Notes: generated from the letters alone by a model not told the origin. DNA of 64,000 nucleotides from Rhizodiscina lignyota (GCA_010015805.1 ML978124.1:1178001-1242000), one strand, 5' to 3'. Numbered from the stretch's first letter, positions 27,820 through 42,723 are shown. Made by a program: numbers and translations.

Positions 27820-29321
27820 TCAGAATTCGGTGAACATGCGGGCGTATCTAATCGTAGTCAAATCCATGAATTGCATATTTTCGAGTTGACTTACGGGTCC
27901 TCGCCCATTTGCCCATACGCCTCCGTCTCTTCGGGATACTTGTCAAACTGACTCGCATCACCAACTCCGGCGCGGACAGGCGGTACATATGGCGCATCAA
28001 TGTCCTTCTTCTGTAAACGGTCCCATGTCACCTCTGCGAACCACGGGTGGTTCATAACGTCCTTAGAGCCGCCGTGGAGGTTACCCAAACGCTTCGTAAG
28101 ATCGGATGTGATGAGTTTCTGGAGCAAGTCTTGCGCGTCAGGGTGGATATATGGCGGATACTTGACCTTTCCTTTGAGAATATTCTCATAGATCTTCATT
28201 GGTGAGCCGCCGTCCCAGAATGGAGTAAAGCCGCAGAGCATCTCGAAGATCAGGATACCTAGAGACCACCTGGTCCATTATCAGCCTTCACGCAACAGCA
28301 CTAGGTTGCTGCAAACGTACCAATCAACCGACTTGTTGTATCCTTTCGACGCTACAACTTCTGGAGCGAGGTAGTCCGGGGTTCCGCAAAGTGTCCAGGT
28401 GATATCGGGCACTTCCTTCGCGAATCCGAAATCGGTAATCTTGAGATGTCCGTGTCGGTCTAGAAGCAAATTCTCTGGCTTCAAATCGCGGTAGATGATG
28501 TTCATACTGTGGAGATAGTCCAGCGCGAGTGTGACTTCGGCGGCGTAGAACTTTGCGACTGGGTTGGGGAATCGCTAGATCGATCAATTCCACCGCCATA
28601 GTTAAGACGTACTTTCACGTACCTGAGATTTTCTCAAGAGGCTAAATAGCTCGCCGCCTTCCACGAAATCCATGACCATGTATAAATTCTTGGAATCTTG
28701 AAATGTTCCCCATAGTGTGATGAGGAAGGGGTGCTTCACGCTCTGAAGCATTTTCCGCTCGTCATTGGTGTGCTCGACCTGCTTCATCTTCACCACCTGC
28801 GCCTTTTTGAGCACCTTGACGGCATAGTAGCGCTGGTTGTGCTTCGACTGCACCAGGTGCACGCGACCAAAGCTGCCGGTACCAAGGGTACGCTGAATGT
28901 CGAAGTCGTTGAGGTTGTATTTGCCCTTTGTCGTGCGCAGCTGCGGCTGCGCTTGCGCCTGCGTCATCTTGTCGCCGCTGCTGGGAGTCACTGCGCCGCC
29001 ATTGGCATTCTGCGCGCCTGCGGCGGCATTGTTGGGTGGTGATTGATCGTCAGGTTTGTTGAGAAGGTTCGCTATGCTTGGCACATTCTTCGAAGTGTCT
29101 GTCCCGCGTGCCACGTTCCCTTGCTGCGTGGCGGACATGGGGTCGGCCGGTTTCGCGGCGGAATTGCTATCTTGCAGCGGAGAGCCCTGTGTGGGCGTGG
29201 AGGTGGTGGCGGAGGTGGGTGTCGAGGAGCTCTCTTTGATGGGTGACGTCGGAGAGTCCAGGTCCTTCGAACCTGACGAGTCCTTCGTCCGCTTTTTCTT
29301 GAGGAATCCGAGAGTCGGCAT
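27820..29321 (-). CDS. pkaC1: cAMP-dependent protein kinase catalytic subunit, multi-exon
   Basis: [55 protein letters not shown]-terminal FTEF*. Confidence 0.97.
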
Positions 29322-30337
29322 AGACGCGGGAGTGAGTCGTGTGTGTCAATCCCAGCACTGGTGAGAGCTGGGTCTAGTTCTGTGGCTGCCACTTCTCTAC
29401 GGGCCGTAATTGAGCTGCGGAGAGACGCTTCGCACCTGCGGGACGAGCGCTGAGTGGTCGGGGGGCGTTTGTCGCTGTTTGTTGCCGGCGGGAGCGGGAG
29501 AGAGGTAGCGCGGCGGCTTAGGCGAAGTGATATCCACAGATCGATATGCGTATGAGCTGCGATGAGGTACGGAGCAGTGTCTGAAGCGGAGCGTAGCGGG
29601 TGCTGTCGGTGGTGGGCGCTGGCCGGAGGTTCGCTATCGCTCAATCACGCAGCGCTGGAATGTGGCTTGGCAGGCACGGGGCGTGGAGCTGAAGCAGGAG
29701 CAATTGGTATGAATGTTTAGCAGTGCTCGGAGTGAGGTTGGAGAGTGGGAGGAGTGACGCAGAGTAGCAGAGTCCCTGCCGACTAGCGGGCAGCAGGAGG
29801 GCGGCCGGCGAGTCGAGCAACTCTCATGAGAAGAGGCTTGAGAGCTTCCTCTGCGGGGTTGGCGGCGGGCAACTCGAGGCACAGACTCTGGGCTAGTGCC
29901 TTCTCACCACCGCTCAGCTTCAATTCGACAGAAGGTGACGGCGCGGGAAGCCGCCTTGAGTGAAGGAGTGAAGTGCCAGGATTGCGCGGGCGCTGATCTC
30001 AGGAGCTGACAGGATTGGTGTGTTCCTCAACACATACATCGCCATCCCGCCCCAGCCACATGCGGAGAAGCAGCTGCAAAAAGCAGCTGGAAGAAGCAAG
30101 CGCACGTTCGCCGAGGGCCGTTCAAGAGCTATATTAGAATATTCTATGCCAACGTGCAGAAGTACCTGTGATGCCAAATCCCAATCCTCGCGAACACCCA
30201 GCCCAGCCCAACGTACACACCAACGCCCCTCTGTTTGCCAGGACCTGTCAAATTTGATATACATGAGAATGCCGCCTAAAGAAAGTGGTATCTACAGAAG
30301 AAAATATGACCCAATAGAACCTTTGGACAGATGAAGG

Positions 30338-32166
30338 TTATCTTCGCCGGCGTCGCATGTCCCAGTGAATGACGCCAATTTCACTCTCGTCGTTCTCGCT
30401 ATTGAGCGGCGCCGCGTCCTCCTGCTCAATGGGAGTGTCCTCTCTTTGCTCAAGAACCTCCTGCTCGCTCGTAGGCATAGAGAGACCACTAACTTTCTCA
30501 AGTTGAGTGTTGTCTGCCTCGAAGCCGACCTGGTCCATCATGTATCTGCCAAGATAGTAAATGGCATCAACGACCTCCTTGCCAGTTGGCACAATATTCT
30601 CCTTCGGCAGTAGGAATCCATAGCTGCCAGTGTCCCGCAGTTTGATCTGATATGCGTATTTGACGCGTAGCTCATGGTAGAACCAATCGATGGCACTGCC
30701 GCCACCCGTCTCCATACGCGGCAGAAATGTCTTTCTCGCCTTTGCAGTCTTGTCATTTGCGGCAGCCACATTCCCCTCGCATGCGGAATTTGCCTGATAA
30801 AACCGTCCTCCTGGCGCCAGGCGCATTGCTTTTGCCAATCCAAGTGCAAGCTCTTCGAGATTTTCCAAGGTTGGAGGTGCGGTTGCGCACGAGAAGGAAT
30901 ACGGATACAGCACTTGCTGCGAGTACGAGTGCAGGTCCAAGAACCCAACAATTTCGACGTCATTATTCTCGGTCTCGTTCTTGGCCCAGGCCGCCAGACG
31001 TTTAGCCTCTACACCTTCAAACGGTTCCTCCCCAGCATAACTCTCGGAGCAGGGATTCTCCCTGGTCGCATTTCCGTCCCACTGGAAACCCCAAGATCTG
31101 TCGAGGTCTAATCCACGACAGAAGCGGAGTGGCGTAGTTTGGCGGTTCTTACGCCAAAGCCTGTCCGTTTCCCAGGAGTATACATAGCCGTCCGGATTGA
31201 CCGTCGGTATGAAGACCCAGTCAAACGCCTGCAGAAGAGAAGTGGCAGAGGCCGATTTGCCATAGGACGTGATAAAATTGTATGCCAGATAATTGACACT
31301 GGTAGTGCTAATCCATTCTCGAGCGTGCGATCCCCCTGCGATAATGATAGTCTTTCGAGGACCTGATGGCTCATCGCGGTTCGTTGGGTGAACACCCACT
31401 CGCAACGCCGGTATATCTCTTCCCTCAAAAGTTATGCCGATATTGATCATGCGAACGTGAGTTGGGAACATAGATGCAAGGAGACGCATCCATGGAACGA
31501 TGACAGAAAAGGGTTGGTAGTCGGTGAAGAAGATGTTCTCCGTTTGAGTGGAGGTACGTAACGACGGCGAGAATGTGGAGTGAGAGTGAGAGTGGCCCGC
31601 ACCAGGGAGTGTGGATTGCTTCGGCGTTTCGGGAAAGGGATAAGAGTCTGCAATTGCTTGAGCGAGTGCTCTCTCGTGCATCAACGGTGCATGTGCATGT
31701 TGCAGGCTATCAGGCAGTAGGCCGAGAAGAGACGGAACCTAGATCGCAAGTGTTACTATTTAGCATTTATTATATGCAGAAACTGAGGGCTCCGTACTAC
31801 GTCTTTTGCTAGCCTTATGTCTACCCAGTCTTCGGTAAATTCCCACACATCTAGAAACAACACGTCGGCAGCTTCGGATAGAGAGGTGGCCTCCTCGGCG
31901 GTGCTGATATTGAATCTGAGGACCACATCATGGCCGTATCTTGCCAGGAAATCGCCAGGTATTTTGCGCCCTGCTCTTGATCTGTTTGTATCATCCGCAG
32001 ATAATTGCGAAGCCTTCGGCGAAAGCCCCCATATCTTCTCGATGATCAGATTTGAGAGTCGCCTCCATGGAGCGGGTGGGGCGCAGTGAGAATCATAGGG
32101 TATGGCTAGAGTGTGCGAGGCGAGGGTGGAGAGAAGTGCGATAGGGAGAGCGGAGAGCAGTCGCAT
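30338..32166 (-). CDS. ECM14: M14 metallocarboxypeptidase-like protein Ecm14 (secreted, catalytically inactive type), 2 exons
   Basis: Signal peptide, prodomain, HAREW, DLHSY and [16 protein letters not shown], where Lys replaces the catalytic Glu as is characteristic of Ecm14. Confidence 0.93.
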
Positions 32167-32605
32167 GATGCCAATTCCACTGGAACTGATATCATCAGCA
32201 CAAGGGACGGTTGCCTCTCATTTCAGAGATGGAGGGGATGTTTATTATGCTGTTTGGGAGGATGCCTGAAGGTGCAGGGGAGGTGTAATATCTCAGCCTT
32301 AGGGAAGCTTGGCTCAGCCGGGCCAACCTCGTCAAAACCGCGACGACTGCTCAGCATCAAGTTCGTCGTCAGTTGGTACACTCCTCAATTCCCAGGAAGG
32401 CCCGCCGTCACCGTTATCTGCGCCTTCAAATCAGAGTGCAGTTGCGTCGCGCGACATTGTCGTGGCGCCACTATCGACAGCCCACCTGCAGGTACTACCT
32501 GTTTGCATGGAACCGATAGAGGGCTGTCCAACTTCGAAGATGACACTCTCTGCACGACGGAACGCCGAGATGTACGGATGATAACGATCGCTTGTGTTAT
32601 CCACG

Positions 32606-35600
32606 ATGCCTCTTACCAAAGGCCTGCGTATGAGTCGGAGTGAGAGGGAAATGCGGGAGCTTCGTCGCAGCAGCACTCTCGAACCGTACAACCTCGCCCC
32701 TCCAGATCAGGATGGGATTCCATTACGCGGCACCGTCAGTGCGGAATACCATCCACGCGAAAGGCCGACAACCGCTAGCGATGAACTGTACTCTGGCAAC
32801 GTGCACAGGATGTCGACCTTGGAATCGCCCACAACTCCAGTTGCAACAGATCGGCCGTCTCAAGAGTCCACTTGGACTCCGCGGGGCGTGTTCTACAAAT
32901 GGCGACACGCTTCTGATTCGCAGTTGGCTGCCAAGGCAAAGAATCAGAGACAGCAGAATGCACCACCGGTTCCTTCAGTCCCCAAAGTCTCGCAAGATCG
33001 TAAGTTCCTCGCGGGTGTGGTAGAAAGTTGTGTGGTTATAGTTAACGTTGGCGTGATCCAGCTCCATCTATCGTCATGACTGCACCAACGGCAGACGAAG
33101 TAACCTTAGCGCAACAAGAAAAGCGAAAATCCAAGTTCCCCGTATTTGCGCGTCCCAAATCTCCTCTGCCCTTCATATCCGAGCCGAAAGAGAAACGGAA
33201 GCCTGCGGAGAAGAGACCTTTGGGAGACCGCAGGAAGACTGTTTTTGGAAGTTTGCGCACGATGAAAAACTCTTCAGAGATTCCCGATCGCAGTGCACAA
33301 AGTTTGGACTTGAATGGGCTATTAGAGCAAGTAGAGGAAACAGGCGCGACCCTAGCGCCTCCCATGACAAACGGCCGCGAGCCCATAGAAACAACAGACC
33401 ACGCGGAACGTATACAAGACAACAACAAAGCGCGTAGGCCCCCAGCCCCTCATTCGAAGTCTTGGATACCGCGTCGCAATAAACATAGGACGTCATTATT
33501 CCCTCTACCAGTCAAAATACCTCCCCCACAGTTCCCCAATACTGCACCCGCCACACCTCGTGCATCCACCAGTGGCATAAGCTCCGGCTCACCAAATCGT
33601 TCTCCTGGAGAATATAGTCCCCCACTGACATCAATTCGACGAACCTCTACCGCGGATGGTGCTGACGCGGACCATCCTCCACTCCCTTCTCCACACAACG
33701 CGACGCTCGCTGCTGCATCAATTCAATTTGCTGCTCCTGGTGGGGCGTTACTAAGGAACGATTCAACCTCTGGTCGCTCGGATCGATCCACGCCAGCACT
33801 TGCTCCACCTTTACCTTTCAAGGTTCGAAATCGGTCCGGTACTTTAGGCTCTGCGGGTGCACGATCTGAAGACGGTCCAATGCCGCCACCCACGCCTCCG
33901 AATGTTGGAGGCGGAAGTGGTAGGAATTCCACTTCGACCGGTGGAAGAAGTAGTTTCAGCAACCTTTTGACCCTTGGTCCCCTTGGCCATCGCCTGCGTC
34001 AGGATCCATACTCATCTGGAAGGCAGGGTTCGCCAGCTTTAGGAGCTAATGGCGGAGCTTCGGGGCTCGCGTCACATTCTAATTCGTTCCAGATTAGCCG
34101 CGAAGCTATCAAGATCACTCTCCCTGAACGACTTGAAGGAGAAACCGCGGGCAAATATCTTGCAAGAGTCGAGGAGTGTGTGGACAAGAGTCAAATAGCA
34201 AGTGTCCTGTCAAAGGAGCAAGATGACTTCTTCCCTACGGTGATGCGTAGCTTCATGCGCAAGTTCCTGTTCTTTGGAGATCCCTTGGACATGGCCATTC
34301 GCAAGTTACTCATGGAGGTAGACTTACCAAAGGAGACTCAGCAAATCGACCGAGTCCTTCAGAGCTTTGCCGATCGCTATCATGAGTGTAACCCGGGTAT
34401 TTTCGTCGATTCTGGTGAGTAGGCCTTGGTATCCGCGCATTGAAGAGAGCTAACTTCAGGCAGACAAAGCTTACTTCATCGCCTTCTCGATCCTGATCCT
34501 GCAGACCGATGCGTTCAACAAGAACAACAAGAGAAAAATGTCCAAACCTGACTATCTGAAGAATTCCTCTGTCGAAGGTGTTTCTGACGACGTGCTTGGC
34601 TGCTTCTACGACAACATCGTATACACCCCTTTTATTAGAGTGGAGGACGAAATAGACGCGAAAAATTCAGTGCGAAAGCACAAGAAGACCCTCGTAAGAC
34701 ACGGCACAGTTGAGCAATTGAAAAAGGCTGCGAAGGAGCCGATAGATCCATACGCTCTGATCCTGGAGGGAAGGCTGGACGTTTTACGGCCACCGCTCAG
34801 GGAAGTCATGAACCTAGACGACCCGTATACATATCTAGGCACCGCCCCAACTCTAGATGTCAGAGATCTGAACAAGAATTCGAAATGCGGCGTTCTTCAG
34901 ATAGAGTCTCTGCGGTCTCGCCCTGACGCCTTTCTTTCACCATCGACGATCGACAACCCAGAGGGAGCGAGATCTGGGCTTGTTGACTTGCCAGTGGACA
35001 AGGTGGGCGTGCTTTGGCGCAAGGATCCCAAGAAGAAGACTGCACGATCTCCGTGGCAAGAATGGGGGGCGATATTGACTGGGTCTGGACTATCTTTCTT
35101 CAGAAATGCAGGCTGGGTGAAGAACCTCATGCATCAGCATGATACGCATGTCAAGCATGGCCACGGCGGTGGATCAGTCATCTTCCGTCCGCCTATACAG
35201 ATGTTCAAGCCAGACTACTTTTTGCCCACCGAAAACGGAGTGGCGCTTTACGACAATAGCTACAGACGGCACAAGAACGGGTTCGTTTTCTTTACGCACA
35301 GTGGAACCGAGGAAGTTTTCTTGGCGGACAATGAGCCCGAATTGAACGACTGGCTTGCCAAACTGAATCATCAGGCTTCGTACAGGACTGCAGGCATTAG
35401 ACCGCGAGGCTTGGTGGGCGGCAATTACGAGGGACAGCGTCAGAGAGCCCTTCGGCGCTTACAATCATCGAATTCTACTCGAACAATTCAGACTCCAACC
35501 GGAGAGGTCACAATCCAGAGCGGCAATATCGATTTCCTCCTAGCCCAACAGATCAGTGCCGCCCGCCGAGAGAACATGCAGAAGAAGATCGAAGAGTTTG

Positions 35601-37123
35601 AAGAGCGCCTCAGTGCTGCGATAAGACAGCTGGACGGTCAATTGAGAGATGCCAGACATTTGTTGGTACTCGCTCCAATCCAGCAAAAGACACGAGAGCA
35701 GCTTGTCCACTGCGCCGGCCGCATAGCTGCCCAACTAAAATGGATTCGGATCGATATATGGCGGATGAAATGCCATCGCGACATTCTCGCTCTCGATCTA
35801 GAAGAGGAGAACAAACTGGCGGGAAATACTCCCACCAGGTCACCGCGGTTACAGCCGCAAGCGACATCTCCAGTGCCATCATCGACTCATTCGACCGAGA
35901 GACTTGCCCACTTAAACGATCTTCTCAGGCTTGGTACCTCCGCTAGCGGAGATGCGGAGGACGTTCCTGAACTCCCTGAGCTTCCTGAACCAAGATCACC
36001 TACGACCTCCGCCAGACCGGACACGAAGGGCACTACACAGTCATCTCAAAGTACATCGGAAGATGAGGTCTACAAAACGCCGCCTGAGAACACACCACAG
36101 CCGAGTCCAGCCTTCCCCCCAGCAGTGTGGGGACCTGTGACTCCTAGGACTCCCCTACCCAGAGAGCCCTCGACTACAAGCCAAATCAGTCAATCACCGA
36201 AATTAGATGTTGGAGCGTTTCCGTCGTCGATGGCCAGCGCTACAGCCTCCGAAGCACCTCCAGACTCTCCCAATATCTCCGAGTACAACTCCCCCATCTC
36301 TGAGAACACTGCCACAGAATCAAAGCCTAGACCTCTTCCATCTCCATTTGACGGACGTCCTGGCACGGCAAGCGACTCTGAGCTTGAACAGCAAACTCCT
36401 GCATCTGGTGGCAGTCCTGAGTCCAAGACAAAGACTCGAAGAAGCCTAAAGGGAACTTTGAGAGAGGTCCGAGAATCCCCCATGGGACATCACCGAAGCA
36501 GAAAGGGCAAGGATTCGAATTCAAGCGGTATCCTTTCGATGTCGGACATCGGAATTCCAGAGGCGGAGTCTGAGGGCCTGTCAAGAACAAAGGGTAGCTT
36601 CACGGTCCATGGCAAGAAAGCTTCCGTCGTCACTTTCGGCTCTGAGTGGCAAGATATGTCTCCGGAGGAGAAGTTGAAGCTGCGAAAGCAGGCTCAAGCA
36701 CAGAGCAACGAGCTCGCAATCATACCTACCGTCGCTGAACCCGCAGAGCTTAATGATGCAGACGTTGTTCCTACGAAGAAGTCAACACGTACAGCATCTT
36801 CCTCTAGCGTGCAGAGCGCGCCTGTTGTGGACTTGCGACGAGGTTCCAGCACAACCGCCCAGAGTGATGGAAATGCCCGTATCGCTCCGGCGCAATCAAT
36901 CAGAGAGAGGATGGCGGCGCGGAAGCAGTCATATCAGAGCACGCGCGGCATTTCGAGAACCACAAGCGAAGAGGCATCGCTGTCGAAGAAGTCCTCTGTG
37001 GCAGAGGAGACGGAGGAGGACGAGGTGAATGAGAACGAGCAAGCTCCTCAATTAGAGGGAGCTGACGGCAACAGCGGCTTGAAGAAGATACCCAGCGCTC
37101 AGCCTCAGCCCGTGGAGGCATGA
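32606..37123 (+). CDS. SYT1: Arf guanine-nucleotide exchange factor, Sec7 plus PH domain (Syt1-like), 3 exons
   Basis: Sec7 motif LPKETQQIDRVLQSFADRYHECNP and spliced AFSILILQTDAFNKNNK. PH end EVFLADNEPELNDWLAKLN. Introns at 33000-33061 and about 34415-34463. Confidence 0.85.
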
Positions 37124-37893
37124 GGTGATGTCCTTTCTGCTTTATGTAACAATTCGTGCGTTTTGTGCTATAGTCAGCTCCTTCTCCACCTTCCTTTTGT
37201 GCACCAGTCACTTCGCTTTGCTGCTTCTTCGATAGAGGCAGATCCAACATAAGCGTCACCTTTCCTTTTTTTGACTCGCTTTTTCTTCAATTTCTGAAGC
37301 TGGCGTTTCTGAGCGAGGCATGGAATCAAAAAGTGGTTATGTGCGTTCCCAGCACCATTGTCTCGGCGCACGGAGGACTTCTTTTTTACCTGGATTGGCA
37401 GCACGGTTTTTGGGCGTGGTTGCAGTGCTTTGCAGATGCAAATGGAATGAAATGGGATATCCGGGCACACGGCATTTTCACTTTTAACGGAGCCCCGCAT
37501 GCTGGAACTTTTTGACGTTTGATGTACGGTCGACTTTCATGGTGTACAAGATAAACCGAAATGTGGAAAACTTTGTAAAACTTCATGTGTCATTCGTGAA
37601 GTGCCGAGCGTATTCGATATAGCGTTGAAGTTTACGCTAACATTTGAAGCAGCGATCGGGTCAACTCCGACAAAGGTACTCCGAGAATGGTTAAAACTTC
37701 CTGGACAAGAGCGGTCCCATTTTTCTGCCTCCATATGGTTCCGTTTGGCCGCGTTCGTCTCCACCAATCAACCCTGTCAACGAAGCATTGCACCATCAGC
37801 TTTATCAGAGCGATGTAATGTCGATGCTGGCCTTCAATTCTTTTCGATATCATCACCGAGCGACAGAATCATCTTTGATCAGCACTACATACG

Positions 37894-39230
37894 ATGAGTT
37901 CTTCTGGACTTCAGGAGTTAGGCATTCGGACCTCTAATACTTCAGCTATTTCACGGAATGCCGTTCAGCCTGTCGAGCCACAAAATGGTGGCACAGCAGC
38001 ATGGCTGAAAGTCTTGGGGTGTTTTTTCGTCTTCGTGAATACCTGGGGCACGGCATCAAGTTTTGGTGTATATCAAGCCTTCTACGAGACAAATTCACTA
38101 TCTTCTTACTCACCATCGGCTATTTCATGGATTGGAACAGTGCAAGTTTTCTTGCTAGGTTTCACTGGCGTCTTCGCAGGCCCATTATACGATCGAGGCT
38201 ACGTCCAAAGCTTGCTCGGAGCGGGATGCTTCCTCATGGTATTTGGACTTTTCATGCTCAGTCTGTCGACTGAATACTATCAAATCGTACTTTCACAGGG
38301 CGTTTGCATCGGGATTGGTTTGCTATCCCTTTCTCCACCCGCAGATGTTCATTGACCAGCTTTTCAGGAAACGGTCTGACCTACGTCCCTGCCGTGTCGA
38401 TTGTTTCCAACACCTTCACCACCAAACGGCCAATGGCCATTGGTCTTGCAGCAAGCGGTTCGGCATTCGGCAGTACAATCCTCCCCATCATGTTCAGGCA
38501 GCTCATCCCGATAATGGGATTCGGATGGGTCAATCGTATATTCGGCTTTCTCGCCCTTGCAATCTCCCTGCTGGCCATTGTCTTCCTCAGACGAGATACT
38601 CGACAAGCAGCACCACCCAGCAATACTTTCTTCGATGTACGAGCATTCAAAGAACCCGCATATGTTCTCCTCTGCGCCGGGCTCTTCTTCGTTGAACTCG
38701 GTTACTGGATCCCGCCTTTCTCGTTGCCTCCCTACGCACAGTTCTCGCTCCAGACAAGCGCTAACTTCGCCTCCTACCTTCTCGCCATCATGAACGCCGG
38801 CGGCTTAGCTGGACGCGTCCTTCCCGCTCTCGTCGCTCAGATCTTCGGCCCAGCCTGGGTCCTCGTCGCCGGGTGTTTGAGCTTAGGCGTACTCGTACTC
38901 TCCTGGCTAGGCATTCACAATATACCTGGAATCACTGTCTGGAGCGTGCTGGTGGGATTCATGTCTGGAATTGCGGTTTCCTTGCCCAACGCGGTAGTAC
39001 CCAGACTTTTTCCGCTGAAGTCTGTCGTGGGCGCCAGGACGGGTATGATGTGGAGTTTTGTCGCGTTCGCTGCGTTGATCGGGTCGCCGATTGCTGGGTT
39101 GTTGATCGATACGAAGAGGAATGATTACAAGCCCGGAGAGATATTCAGTGGAGTTAGTATCTGTTTAGGTGCGGCATTGTTATGTGGGCCGGCGGTGTAT
39201 GTTACTAAGGATGAGAGGAAAGAGCAGTGA
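37894..39230 (+). CDS. MFS transporter, monocarboxylate porter (MCH-like) family, 2 exons
   Basis: GGTAAWLKVLGCFF, SFGVYQAFY, ISWIGTVQ, GPLYDRG and about 12 hydrophobic segments. Intron at about 38318-38367. Confidence 0.9.
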
Positions 39231-39998
39231 ACGGATATCAATCAGTTTGATACGTCAAGAAAGGACTTATGGGATCATGTGCAATATGAATGTCCCGATG
39301 TAAAAAAGGAGAGGAAATAGGAGTTATTGATCTGCCGATATTTCGATCATATATGTAAGGCAATTTGCTTTGCCTACCAGATGTTACGAGAGACTCGTGA
39401 TACATAATAAGAAACTGGAAAGTAAGAGGCATTGGAAACGCAGGCTCAGAGGATGCTGATATTGTTGGATGCCTGGACGTCTCAGCCTGACTGATATCGC
39501 ACCACTGGAGTAGGCTCAACGATAAGGCATCCGGCCTGCATATATATGCACTTGTAGCTAACGAATGTCAAAAGCAAGCTTTCTAAATCCGCCTCGGGAA
39601 CTTGTGCAACCTGGCCGCTCCTGCAGGCACCATCAGCGAATGAAGTTGCCAGAGTGGAACGCGCAAACCTTGCCAGATGCAGGGGGGCGCATGGCGCAGG
39701 CAGGGCGAACCACGCCCGGCATCCTGCGACCGTGCCGATCGGAAGGCTTCGAAGGTGGGCGTTTATAAGTGTCTCGAATGAGCCTCACTTCGTTTGTTTC
39801 AATGTTTGCTGCTGCGTCATAAGCCTCGATCGCTCCGCGTAAAAGACTTTCGTTCCTGTCCATCGTTCGTTCACTGACGCCGATCCGGTGAAGTAATTTG
39901 ATCTGGGCCAATCCTGGAGGACTTGACGCTGCAAACGACAACTAAAGAGATGTGAAATTGAGCGTATTGCATCCAGATGTAACAAAAATACAGAAGCG

Positions 39999-41856
39999 AT
40001 GGTTTTCAACCTGGGGAATACTTCGAACCGTCTGCGGAGGCCGGGAGGCCAGCCGCCATCTCAACAGCCTGGTGTGAACAATGCCGCCTACCAGTCGAGC
40101 ATGAACCTTCAACCTACCCTTCCTGCTGTGTCTACACCTCCTCCAAACTACCAATTGGCATATCGCCCTGCACCAATAGCCCCTCCTCCGCCGGCAAACC
40201 CAGGATGGACTGCCTATGCTCAACATCCACCACCTCCCAACAAGCCTGGCCACGGCATCAATATGATGTGGGCTTCTACAACCAACTTACCAACTACGGC
40301 GCCCCACAACGCGAAATGGAAATCGTCTGTCAGCCTTCCAGCAGTTGGGCCGAGCGCTGGTAACAGGATGGCGTCGGCATCACCTGCCAATCTGAATGCC
40401 CAATATGCTACTCCTCCTGCATATGGACAGCAAGATATGGGCCTCTGCGAGCTGATCTCAAGCAAGTTTGATTCAGTGATCAGTCGCATAGACGAGGAAA
40501 TCTTCGGTGAAGACGATCTTAGTATGCACGACATAGGCGGAGCGCGGAGCTGGAATTAACAAGCTGACCCTCTCCTAGTTATATACACGTACCCACCTCT
40601 GCACGGCCCAGCTGCTTCATTACAACTGCAGCGATCCCTGAGTCCAAGTCGGGCTAATGCTTCCCCTGAGTCGAGCTCGAATTATTTCTCCAAGGTGTGG
40701 CTATATAGCAACTCTCGTCTGCCGCCGTACCTGCCGCCCATTAAACTGTAAGCTCTCTTCCAAATTTCACTTCAGTCCATGTTTCTCATAAAGCTGCAGT
40801 TACATGTCTACGTATCCGCTGATATGTCTTGCTGCTCAATACTCCGAGAGAGTATACGTCAAACCGAAAGGAGGAGAACGAGAAAATCACATCAGCGCCG
40901 AGTGGAGACGTGGAACGAAAGCCATGGTGCTCAAGTCTCTTCCAATAGATGACATGAACACAATAGTCTTCGCTATCCGCGGCTCGCAAAGCATTATGGA
41001 CTGGTGTGTCAACTACCGCACAGCCCCGACTCCACCGGACGGCTTTCTAGACGACCCGGGTAATTTCTGTCACGCAGGATTCCTAGGTGTGGCGAAAAAG
41101 ACTGCTTCGATCATTGCGGAGCGACTCCGCGCGCTTCTGCAAGAGGATCCTGGGCGTAGCACTGCAAGCCTCCTGATTTGCGGTCACAGCGCTGGAGGTG
41201 CTGTAGCGCAGCTGCTATACGCTCACATGATGAGCCAATCCAACGAAGTCAACAGCGATCTGAAGTACCTGACGGGCTTTTTTAAGCGGGTTCACTGTGT
41301 CACCTTTGGAGCGCCTCCGGTCAGCTTATTGCCGCTGCAACAACCTGGCGGAAGCAAGAACAGAAAGAGCCTCTTCTTTTCGTTCGTAAACGAAGGCGAC
41401 CCGGTCGTGCGAGCTGATAAAGCAGTGGTTGCAAGCCTACTGAAGCTCTACTCTCGTCCTGCGCCAACCATCAACAGCGAACCTGGACGCAATGCTGCCT
41501 GTATGGCGGATTTGAAGAGCTCTGCAGTGTTAGCGGCCGCAGCCGTTGGGATTACGTCCAAAGAAAAGGCGAATGGAAAGGTCAAGCCGCCCAAGGGTGC
41601 CAGCTGGCCCGTCCCAACTACGAATCTACCAGAATGGAATATCCCGCCTGGGACCTTGAGTCTTGGTGGTAGACTGGTGCTCCTACGCGACACTCCTGGA
41701 GCCCAATCGAACGAGGAAGTTGGCGCCTTTGGCGTTACGGACGAGCAGATGCGGTCGGTCGTTTTCGGCGATCCTGTGAAGCATATGATGAGGCTATACG
41801 CTCGCCGAGTGGAGTTCCTGGCTACAAGAGCGGTGACAGGACAGGGTTTTGGATGA
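39999..41856 (+). CDS. Class-3 lipase-like alpha/beta hydrolase with Pro-rich N-terminus, 3 exons
   Basis: IVFAIRGS, HAGFL, nucleophile elbow GHSAGG, TFGAPP, NEGDPV and terminal H (KHMM). Introns at 40522-40578 and about 40748-40799. Confidence 0.88.
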
Positions 41857-42723
41857 AGAGACGGAATCGCAATATGAATTAGGAATATGCCTGCAAAGAG
41901 ATGATAACGACTATGCATACAATACAACCGGCGTCAGCTGCTTCTTCAGTGGATCACCGGATGATCATGCGGCGAGATCAATCATCGGAAAGGACACTTA
42001 GGCTTTTGTGGGGATTATGGGGCCTTGATGAGCTGCGTCTATTTAGGCGGTTGCGCTACTGCAAGAGTGCAGGGGATTGTTCTGTTACAATTCAGACAGG
42101 TCACATTTTGTTGCTAGGACGAGGTACCCGACTACAGAGAGCGCTCGGAAGAGCCCCTGATCATGTTCAGGCAACAGGCAATAAGCGACAATGGTGTCGT
42201 CCGGGCTGTATATAATAGCATTTGAGGACACGAATGGTCCAGCAATTCAATTGCCGCTTCCTCCTCTGGACTTTGGGAAGGCGTAGAGCAGTGTGGCTTG
42301 TCACAAGATATGCAATATGCACATAATATGCACGTATCCGTCCAGCAGGAAGGGCGAGGCAGAACCGTGAGTGCGGCGTATTAACATAAATAAGACGGGC
42401 CCCAGTACGAAGGCAAACACTCATTGCTGCTTCCAGTGTACACTTGAACGAATTTTAACTGCGTGTTTGAAGAAATGTTGGTGTCTTCGGGTGAATGTTT
42501 TGGGCAGTGCACGATGTTGGCGTTTAAGTGGTTCGCGTGGCCCTACCCGTCACGTCAACGCGTATTACCTCCCCTCATCGACAACGCCAGCTCAACGCGC
42601 CAATTCTCTTCCACCGCGACCTTAAACTCGACAGTCCAATTGTTCCTACTTCATCTTCTTATCCACTGGCCGGCTTTAAATCGATCGCGATTCTTTCCAG
42701 GCGGCCCATCACCGCACGCGACC

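Noticed and set aside
30600..30660. Loss of the catalytic Glu (YQIKLRD) in the carboxypeptidase
   Set aside because: Known feature of Ecm14, not novel.
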